A DNA stretch of 64,000 bases from an uncultured Chloroflexia bacterium (GTDB lineage Bacteria > Chloroflexota > Dehalococcoidia > Dehalococcoidales > Fen-1064), in contig CAVWFD010000017.1 in NCBI GenBank assembly GCA_963754195.1, positions 18,692 through 82,691 on the forward strand, written 5' to 3'. The position numbers and the translations under genes are program-made. Position 1 is the first letter of the stretch; each line of letters begins with the position of its first letter. Below, in pieces: positions 18,141-25,388 of the stretch. The notes under the pieces were generated by a model that saw nothing but the letters and a program-made list of their open reading frames with translations, made no database searches and was not told where the DNA came from.

Positions 18141-18672
18141 GGCAGTTGTCGTTCTGAGGAACGAAGTGACGAAGAAGCTCCATCAATACTGGATACCGTA
18201 CATTTACTCCATAAAGAATACGTTTATTTCGTAAAGTACCTACGCTTTAGCTGCGGCCTTCGGTCTTTCGACGGTATGGATCATGGTGGCAGGCGCATTC
18301 AACCACACACTCACACTGTCTTTGCGAGGAGTCATAAAGACGAAGCAATCGTAGACGACTCGTAATTAGTCCGCACCGCTTAAATGTAAAATACCGTGCC
18401 AGCGAATCATTATTACACTTTTGGAGTGATTTACACCAATGGTTTTAGATTGCCGCGACCTTCTCCCGAAAGTCTCGCAATGGATAAGGGAATCAGGCTG
18501 AATTAATTACTCATTACGAGGAGCAAGGCGACGTGGTAATCTCCCGGAACAATAAACTTATGAGGCTAAAATCACAAAGATCTTGTCTATAGAACAACAA
18601 CACACAACTAATACGGAAAGAGTGAGATTGCCACATCCTTCATTGGAAGGACTCGCAATGGAAGTGAGAGCG
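18141..18672. repeat. Dense cluster of short hairpin repeats (at least five family-A units in both orientations plus one family-D unit)
   Basis: Units at 18147-18180, 18320-18351, 18447-18483, 18512-18543 and 18624-18661; family D at 18229-18275. No convincing ORF. Confidence 0.7.
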
Positions 18673-19188
18673 TTATTGTAGATTCTCGTTCTGATACTTC
18701 CCTGCATAGCTTTCCGTCTCTGCCGTCAAAGTCATAAAAACCAATTGCGCCACTCTGGCATCCTTTTGTAAACGGAAACCGCGGGGATTATAGACCAGCA
18801 TCAATGATTGGGAACGCCCGGAATAACCGGCATCCCAGACCGCCGTGCCGATATTAACCCCGCACCGCAGCAGGCTCGACCGCGGTCTCGCCAGCGCCAT
18901 AATGTCGGTGGGGATGTGGACGATCTCGTTGTAAGTGATGATATAGCTGCCCGGCATTAATTCCGTAAAACCATAGGTATCAAAAACCACGGGAGCCAAA
19001 TCAGGCAATTGTCGCTGTCCGTTATCGACGCCGATTTGTCCCATGGTCTGCAGCATGGCAATATCGCGGACGGTAATATCAAAGCCATTCGGCTGGACCT
19101 GTTGTTCCAGATTAATATAGCCTTCAACCAGAGGGGGATTTTGCTGGATCAGACGCTTGATGTCTTTACGTGAAAGAACGCCGTTCAT
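18673..19188 (-). CDS. dcd: dCTP deaminase / dUTPase-superfamily protein
   Basis: MNGVLSRKDIKRLI...NLEQQVQPNGFDITV start and 171-aa length, typical of the Dcd/archaeal-type dUTPase family. Confidence 0.8.
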   Translation of the reverse strand: MNGVLSRKDIKRLIQQNPPLVEGYINLEQQVQPNGFDITVRDIAMLQTMGQIGVDNGQRQLPDLAPVVFDTYGFTELMPGSYIITYNEIVHIPTDIMALARPRSSLLRCGVNIGTAVWDAGYSGRSQSLMLVYNPRGFRLQKDARVAQLVFMTLTAETESYAGKYQNENLQ

Positions 19189-19390
19189 TTCAGCCTCGTT
19201 TAAGTGATTTAAATTGGTGAAGATACGTTATTCATTATAGCGTGAGTAAGGAGATATAACAATCAAAGATTTGTGAAGGCGGGAGTCTCTGGAGATGTTG
19301 CAAAGATATATTAAGAGTATGAACTTCAGGACAGCTTGAAGTTTTGTAAAGCATCCCTGTCATAATTGTAAAAAGTAAGAAATAAGTCTG

Positions 19391-20512
19391 CTAGTGTTCC
19401 GTAATGCTTAAAAATTCGCATAGTTTCTCAAGACCATGTTCGACAGAAGACAAAGTCTTGGAGTAAAGCTGTGCCCACTCTACGGGATATTTGCCAGTAA
19501 CCTTAATAACAACTTCTACAAAAAGAGAGTCGGTAGAATGTATGGGAAACTTCTTGCTTCGCAAAGTCATTACATCTCGGAACGCCTGAATAGTTTCATC
19601 TGGGCATTTACCTAATCGCGATTTCATGAATTCTTCCAAGCAATTGATTGAGCCGTCTTTCTCTGCGGTTAGTTTCATTTCTTTTATATTAATCTGAGTA
19701 ATAAGAAGCGCCAATGCCGATATATTGTTTGTAAATTCCTCCTCGTTTCTACAAGGTTTCATTATTTGGAAAATAGCTTTTTCGTTAGGGTTAAACAACT
19801 TGAATCTAAAACGTGAGTCAAAGAATTCATTGATAGTTTGTCTCACATTAACTAAATGCTCGACTACTCGTATCTGCTCTTCAACTCCCGTCCGGGAAAG
19901 TGGAGCGAGTCGAGCCCTAATATTTTCTATTTCGGTTTGGTTAATAAAGGTACATCCACTTTCTTTCCGACATACAGCAATGTCCATGTCATTTCCAACG
20001 TTAGGGTCAATCTTTGATGTCTCTGATATTGCATATACTGCTAGTTCTTTGGCTTCTTGTTCGCTAAGATCAACTCGGTAAGAGTTGCGTAAGATATACT
20101 CGGCGTAAGGCTTCCCAGTACCATCACAATCGTATACGCTAACTTCTTCTGTGTAACCTCTTCCCATAGTTTTACGTATTCTCTCTAAACCCCCGACTAA
20201 AAAAATTGTCATATCTTCTTCGTCATCTTCCAATTTCTCCTTGTTCTTTTTGTAATAGTCAAGTGTGGTATCGGAAACACACGACGATATACTATCAAAT
20301 GAGGTAGCATTATTTGAACTACAGAACGCCTTAACCGCGCGAAGAATGTCATCGCATGCCCCGGTCAACCCCGCTGTTGCAACGGCGATATCCGACGAGA
20401 GACGTTCAACCTTTGCCTCTCCCTCCCTCATTAAAAGGTCTCCAATCATTGTTCTACGGTCACTGGCAATAAGTGAACCCCCTTTGAACTTAAGTCCTAA
20501 AATTAGAGTCAT
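19391..20512 (-). CDS. Proteasome-beta/HslV-like (T1 Ntn-hydrolase) domain fused to an unassigned ~170-aa helical C-terminal domain
   Basis: MTLILGLKFKGGSLIASDRRTMIGDLLMREGEAKV...ATAG: after Met removal Thr1, Asp17, Lys33 and Gly47 fall at canonical positions. DGTGKPYAEY lies near residue 130. The C-terminal half is not recognised. Confidence 0.7.
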   Translation of the reverse strand: MTLILGLKFKGGSLIASDRRTMIGDLLMREGEAKVERLSSDIAVATAGLTGACDDILRAVKAFCSSNNATSFDSISSCVSDTTLDYYKKNKEKLEDDEEDMTIFLVGGLERIRKTMGRGYTEEVSVYDCDGTGKPYAEYILRNSYRVDLSEQEAKELAVYAISETSKIDPNVGNDMDIAVCRKESGCTFINQTEIENIRARLAPLSRTGVEEQIRVVEHLVNVRQTINEFFDSRFRFKLFNPNEKAIFQIMKPCRNEEEFTNNISALALLITQINIKEMKLTAEKDGSINCLEEFMKSRLGKCPDETIQAFRDVMTLRSKKFPIHSTDSLFVEVVIKVTGKYPVEWAQLYSKTLSSVEHGLEKLCEFLSITEH

Positions 20513-20555
20513 CTATCTTCCTCCATTTATCCCAAACAATAATCTTAGATGTTAC

Positions 20556-20987
20556 TTACCACCAAGAATCATCGACTTTTTTCGCCTTCTTTCTCTTAGT
20601 GGGCTTTCTGGCAGTCGCCTTCTTATACCCAACTTTTAGTTTGATTGTTCTATGCCCAACTACGTTACCCCAATAATCTTTTTCTTTTATTACCTTCAGT
20701 TTGGTATGTTTACCATGACACACTTTACAGACCAAATAGCAGTTACTCTGTGTATTATTTGCTGAATTGTTGTCCTTGTGGTCAAAATCATAGCTTCTAT
20801 CACCCCAAGTTAAGAGTCTCTTACATTTTCGGCATTTAGATTTGGGTATATTTTTCGGTACCTTGCTATCCGCTAGGTATTTAAGAAGTGGTTTATTGCC
20901 GCTTTCACCTGCTGCCTTGAGCCACTCAACCCTTTTTGTTTTTAAGCCGAAAGCCTTCCTTTTGTTTTCAGTCCCCCATAGATACAT
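20556..20987 (-). CDS. HNH endonuclease (zinc-finger type) with Lys-rich C-terminal tail
   Basis: CRKCKRLL...DFDHKDNNSANNTQSNCYLVCKVCHGKH: CxxC...DH...N...CxxCH pattern. Confidence 0.75.
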   Translation of the reverse strand: MYLWGTENKRKAFGLKTKRVEWLKAAGESGNKPLLKYLADSKVPKNIPKSKCRKCKRLLTWGDRSYDFDHKDNNSANNTQSNCYLVCKVCHGKHTKLKVIKEKDYWGNVVGHRTIKLKVGYKKATARKPTKRKKAKKVDDSWW

Positions 20988-21132
20988 TTCTCACCTCTAA
21001 ATTATCAGGCTAATAGCTTTGCTCGTTATGTTATACCTAGGTATGCTAGTTGTCAACTGATGCGAGAAAGATGTGCTAGAATAGTTTTACTCTTTTTGAA
21101 ACAGGAAATAAAAACCGCCATTGAGGTGTAAA

Positions 21133-22053
21133 ATGACTAACGGGAAGGACATTGTTAAACTTTTTCATGAATTAGATATGATGCCAGAAAAACAGCTAGA
21201 GGTAAAAATACGAGCTTTGGATAGGTCCCGTTACGTTTTTAATCAGAATTATTCACAATTAAGGAATTTATTACTTGTGGAAAAAGATACGGAACAAGCA
21301 TTAAAACTATGGGATGGTAAAAATCAAGATGCCCATGATGCTTATCGTCTTGAAGCGACTAGATTGTTTCATAATTTTGTTGTGTCAGTGAAATCATTGA
21401 TAGATCATAGCAGAATTCTATACAACGATCTTTATAAAGAAAACAATAAATTTCCTGATTATCAAAAGGAAATAACGACACGGTTTATAGAGAATCCTTT
21501 TGCTCAATTCGTAGAAGATTTACGAGATTATTCCTTACATTTCAAACTTCCTCCAATATTTTCAGAAATAACTTACAAATCAGACCCCCCTCGGATGGAA
21601 TGTGGGACTAGACTCGATATTAGGGCACTAGAAAACGGGTTTAATTGGTCTTCACCTGCAAAAAAATATCTAGAGGAGCAGAAAATTAAGATTAAATCAT
21701 CCTCGCAAATCGGTGACAATATGAGCCTAAACCTTCTTGTTCTAATTGAAGAATATTACTCTATCGTAGTAGATTTCCATAAATGGTTATTAACACGACA
21801 AAACGAAATACATTCAGAAGAGTTTGGAAGACTAGGTGCCAAAACGCAAACACTTAGGGAACTTATAATTCCTGAAGAGATTGCCACAGCCTTAACCGAT
21901 ATGAAAATGAGTAAAAATCCTGATGAAGCTTTTTACCGACTATTAAACCATGAGCAACGAATTCAACCTAATCAAATTCCGATTAAATCCATTAGTCACG
22001 TTGAGAAACTACTTGAATTTATTAAACAACAAGCTTTTTTAGCCAAGAGTTAG
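21133..22053 (+). CDS. Hypothetical protein (island orphan)
   Basis: 306-aa ORF from ATG 21133 (the track TTG at 21121 is less likely); AT-rich; no family recognised. Confidence 0.5.
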   Translation: MTNGKDIVKLFHELDMMPEKQLEVKIRALDRSRYVFNQNYSQLRNLLLVEKDTEQALKLWDGKNQDAHDAYRLEATRLFHNFVVSVKSLIDHSRILYNDLYKENNKFPDYQKEITTRFIENPFAQFVEDLRDYSLHFKLPPIFSEITYKSDPPRMECGTRLDIRALENGFNWSSPAKKYLEEQKIKIKSSSQIGDNMSLNLLVLIEEYYSIVVDFHKWLLTRQNEIHSEEFGRLGAKTQTLRELIIPEEIATALTDMKMSKNPDEAFYRLLNHEQRIQPNQIPIKSISHVEKLLEFIKQQAFLAKS

Positions 22054-22202
22054 AGAATAAGGTTATGAATGCATATCAACAATATTCAACTAATTCCGAA
22101 TAATAGGCAATGGAACCGTTGTTAATAACAAAAGGGGTGGAGATTATGAAACCTCTGTCTATTGCGGTATGTCTTGGAGTCTTTTTGTTGTAAGATATGA
22201 AT

Positions 22203-22259
22203 TGGTGGTAGCGGGTGGAATCAAACCGCCGACCAAAGGCTTATGAGTCCTAACCACCA
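22203..22259 (-). other. 3' portion of a tRNA-Met(CAU)-like gene (anticodon arm to encoded CCA); putative att relic, not a functional tRNA
   Basis: The minus strand reads ...TAGGACTCATAAGCCTT-TGGTC-GGCGGTTTGATTCCACC-CGCTACC-A-CCA. The T-arm, 7-nt acceptor strand, discriminator and CCA are correctly juxtaposed. There is no D-arm or 5' acceptor strand upstream, and the stems contain mismatches. Confidence 0.4.
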
Positions 22260-23199
22260 TCTCAAATTGCTTAACAAATTTAGTGTATCAGAGCTCGCAG
22301 AGTTAAGCAAATTAAGCAAAGCCTACATCTCTCAGGTCAAACATGGTAAACGTCCGCCGTCTGTAAAATTACTTGAATGTCTAAGCCAAATTCAATGCGG
22401 TCAAAACAAACTTGAAATAGATTATTTACCCATATTTATTCAGTCCAGACGAGCTATTGAAGTATCACCAACAACTATTAAATACTACAATTCTAAACTT
22501 GGAAAATTTATCGCTTCGGTCAATCCTGATAAGGCTAGCCAACAACAAATAGAACGCTTCCTTCTCCAATTCAGTAACACGGGCAATCGCCATATATATT
22601 ATCGTGTTTTAAAAACCTTTTATTGCTGGAGAGAGCAAACCTTCAATTTACCGAACCCCATGAAATTATTGAAAGCACCACGATTAGGAAAATTAATAAT
22701 GCCCAGTTTAAACAGAGAGGATGTTATGGTTCTACTTGAAAGGGCAAATTGTGACAGAGACAAAGCTATCATTGCCCTATTTACTGAGAGCGGTCTTAGG
22801 CTAGCTGAATTAACGCATATAAAGCCTGTAGACATCGACTGGCTAGCAGGGACTATAAGAGTATTAGGTAAGGGTAGGAAAGAGGCACTAGCGCCATTTG
22901 GTGACCTTTCAAGGCAGTACCTTATACAGTGGCTAGCGGAATATCAGCCTAAAGAAAACATCTGGGGATTGAATGAATGGGGTATAGTTTCAATGCTTAG
23001 AAGATTAGAGAAAGTTACAGGGATAACTTGTAATCCTCATACATTCAGACGGACATTTGCTTGCTTACTTCGTAAAGCTGGGGTAGATACTATGACCATT
23101 AAAGACTTGGGTAGATGGGAAAGTCTAGAGATGGTACAAAGATATACTAGGAGTGTCAATTTTCAGGATAGTTTGAAGTTTTATAAAACACCATTGTGA
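22243..23199 (+). CDS. Tyrosine recombinase/integrase with N-terminal HTH
   Basis: FSVSELAELSKLSKAYISQVKHG HTH; catalytic signature SGLRLAEL ... HTFRRTFA ... LEMVQRYT. The stop codon is supplied by the IS3 terminus. Confidence 0.85.
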   Translation: MSPNHHLKLLNKFSVSELAELSKLSKAYISQVKHGKRPPSVKLLECLSQIQCGQNKLEIDYLPIFIQSRRAIEVSPTTIKYYNSKLGKFIASVNPDKASQQQIERFLLQFSNTGNRHIYYRVLKTFYCWREQTFNLPNPMKLLKAPRLGKLIMPSLNREDVMVLLERANCDRDKAIIALFTESGLRLAELTHIKPVDIDWLAGTIRVLGKGRKEALAPFGDLSRQYLIQWLAEYQPKENIWGLNEWGIVSMLRRLEKVTGITCNPHTFRRTFACLLRKAGVDTMTIKDLGRWESLEMVQRYTRSVNFQDSLKFYKTPL

Positions 23200-23213
23200 G
23201 GTGGACCCCATTG

Positions 23214-24140
23214 TTAGGACAGCAATGGGGCTAAATTAAGATAGTGTCCTGCTGTATCAATGGTACCTTGTGTTAACGATTCTATCACACCTTTCTCAGG
23301 CTCTTCAAAGGGGGTGGGGGCAAATAACTCGCCCGGTGTCCGATACCAGAGTGCCTGGTGGGGACGTGCATTGTTGTAGAAACGGAAATAGTCCCCAATC
23401 CCGATTCGGGCATCTTTCCCATTCTGATATGCTTTTAAGTACACCTCCTCATATTTCACTGTTCTCCATAACCTCTCGATAAACAGGTTGTCTCTGTAAC
23501 TTCCTTTCCCATCCATGCTAATCTTGATTCCATGTTGCTCTAAAAGCCCGGTGAAAGCCTTGCCTGTGAATTGTGATCCCTGGTCAGTATTAAAAACATC
23601 CGGGGTGCCTTTCTTGAGCGCCTCTTCGAGTGCCCACACACAGAAGTCAGCGTCCAAGGTGTTTGATAACCTCCACGCCAATACATACCGGCTGTACCAG
23701 TCCATGATGACTACCAGATACATGAAACCGTGTGCCATAGGTATGTAAGTGATGTCAGCACACCACACTTGATTTGGCCGTGTTATTTCCATACCAGTTA
23801 AAAGATACGGGTAGATTTTATTACCCGGTCCCGGCGGGCTAGTCCGAGGACGGCGGTAGATGGCCTTCAAACCCATTAATTGCATCAGCCGCCGTACGTG
23901 TTTCCGGTTAACATTGTGGTGTTTACTCTTTAGCCAAGCTGCCATCTTGCGGGTTCCATAGAACGGTGTGACCATGTATTGGCAGTCAATCAGCTTCATT
24001 AGATTAAGGTCATTGTCAGAGACTCCTATCGGCTGATAATACAACCCAGAGCGACTGATATCCAACAATTTACACTGACTGGTCACGGAGAGTGATGGAC
24101 GGCGGCGATCAACAGCAGCACGCCTTTGGCTTACTTCCAC
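23214..24140 (-). CDS. IS3-family transposase OrfB (DDE integrase core), normally expressed as an OrfAB fusion
   Basis: WCADITYI (D), NTDQGSQFT (D) and ERLWRTVKYEE (E) DDE triad. Confidence 0.9.
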   Translation of the reverse strand: MEVSQRRAAVDRRRPSLSVTSQCKLLDISRSGLYYQPIGVSDNDLNLMKLIDCQYMVTPFYGTRKMAAWLKSKHHNVNRKHVRRLMQLMGLKAIYRRPRTSPPGPGNKIYPYLLTGMEITRPNQVWCADITYIPMAHGFMYLVVIMDWYSRYVLAWRLSNTLDADFCVWALEEALKKGTPDVFNTDQGSQFTGKAFTGLLEQHGIKISMDGKGSYRDNLFIERLWRTVKYEEVYLKAYQNGKDARIGIGDYFRFYNNARPHQALWYRTPGELFAPTPFEEPEKGVIESLTQGTIDTAGHYLNLAPLLS

Positions 24141-24421
24141 CGCTCCAACCCTTTCTCTAAAAAATCCTTCTCTACTTTCAGCTGTCCAATCTGCTGGTAA
24201 AGCTGATTTATCAGTCCTTTCTCATCCTTGATCTTCTTGTTGGGATCAGCGCCAAAGATATTGGCAGCTCCTGCTACCAGTTCTCTCTTCCATTTATTGA
24301 TTTGGGTCGGGTGGACCTCAAAACGGATGGCTAATTCCGCGATGGTCTCTTCGCCCTTTAGTGCTTCCATGGCAACCCGGGCTTTAAAGTCCGGATTATA
24401 CTGTTTGCGGCTCTTTTTCAA
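24131..24421 (-). CDS. IS3-family transposase OrfA (HTH)
   Basis: MKKSRKQYNPDFKARVAMEALKGEETIAELA...HPTQINKWK, typical IS3/IS911 OrfA. Confidence 0.85.
   Translation of the reverse strand: MKKSRKQYNPDFKARVAMEALKGEETIAELAIRFEVHPTQINKWKRELVAGAANIFGADPNKKIKDEKGLINQLYQQIGQLKVEKDFLEKGLERWK
24158..24164 (-). promoter_or_regulatory. Programmed -1 ribosomal frameshift heptamer T_TTT_TTA of the IS3 transposase
   Basis: In the orfA frame gaT TTT TTA gag. A -1 slip continues into ...RERVGAVEVSQRRAAVD, the orfB frame. Confidence 0.5.
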
Positions 24422-24667
24422 TTTCCTGCTCCTTCGTATTCTCTTATTTTAGGAGCAGAACTCTATCTTAACAACCTGTCCAGTTTTTGGGGACCACCTC
24501 ATTGAGCTGAGTCGAATTAAGCTCGAATTGCTTCTGTTTGGGGTTTTGTGATTGACTTGGCAAGTTTATTATCTCGTTTTCAATTCTAGCGGTAAAATTC
24601 GAAATCCATTTATAATCATAATTGGTCTTAGAAATGGTATAATACCTGAATCAAAAAACTTAACCAG

Positions 24668-25222
24668 ATGAAATATAAAAATGTACAAACCAGTAGAGAG
24701 AGAGAAGCTCAAAAACTTCGCCGTTACGATGAGAATCAACTATTAGAAATGATTTCGGCTTTCAGTTTGATGAGGCGAGATAAATCTAGCTTTGAATCCT
24801 TACTGAGAAAATATGGGGCTAGCCCACAAGCAAAATTGAGAGATTGCCAATTGGCTTTTGTGACGAAATTAGTTCTTCATTTTTGGGGGAAACCAAGACT
24901 TTCTCAACGTAATCTAAAAACCGAAGATTTAATTGACGCCTCAGATAGCCTAATTAGAAACCAAGGAACTTCCTCATACCCTTTAACAACCATAGAAGAT
25001 ATTGATAAAAATTTCTTGCGAATGGCATATCAACAATTCCCCGATTTTTATGGTGACAGGGAAACGTTTGCGAGGACACAATTGCTCTTCCGAACTTGCA
25101 CAAAAGAAGTCGAAAATGAGATGGGATTTAATGTTGATGATGCATTTCAGGAAGCTACTGGCTTAACGCTTGACAAATGCTGGGATATAACTCTTGCGAT
25201 ATGCGGATTATTATTGATGTAG
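24668..25222 (+). pseudogene. Hypothetical gene truncated at its 3' end by the IS21-family element
   Basis: 184-aa ORF whose last codons and TAG stop (25220-25222) lie inside the IS21 left terminus; extended -10 TGGTATAAT at about 24635. No family recognised. Confidence 0.4.
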
Positions 25223-25388
25223 TTTCTCAAGTGAATTGACCGCTTTCCGGAGAAAATTCTCAAGCTAATTTACCAGGTAAATTCTCAAGGTAATTGACCA
25301 CCCTCTGGTGCACCAAGACCATAGATATTGCATCATTGGCTCAGCTAGTTATAAGGAGGTTGAGCCATTGGCAAGAAGGAGGTTTCTG

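Larger units (their letters stand above)
23197..24501 (-). mobile_element. IS3-family insertion sequence (1305 bp)
   Basis: Terminal inverted repeats TGAGGTGGACCCC (23197-) and GGGGACCACCTCA (-24501), a flanking 3-bp direct repeat TTG (23194-23196 and 24502-24504), and orfA/orfB with a frameshift site. Confidence 0.85.

Noticed and set aside
18141-18672. Possible CRISPR array, because many short repeats lie in a gene-free stretch.
   Set aside because: The repeat units occur in both orientations, are imperfect, are irregularly spaced and are individually palindromic. No cas genes or leader are present. They behave like REP/MITE elements, not CRISPR repeats.
22146-22193. A 15-codon ORF (MKPLSIAVCLGVFLL*) with an upstream purine-rich stretch.
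   Set aside because: It is too short to support as a gene, and the RBS spacing is only about 3 nt. It is more likely a severed signal-peptide stub at an island junction.
22203-22285. A functional tRNA-Met gene on the minus strand.
   Set aside because: Only the anticodon-arm-to-CCA portion is present. The upstream sequence lacks the T8/A14/G18G19 D-arm landmarks and a 5' acceptor strand (GGTAGCG). The anticodon and T stems have mismatches. It is kept only as an att-like fragment.
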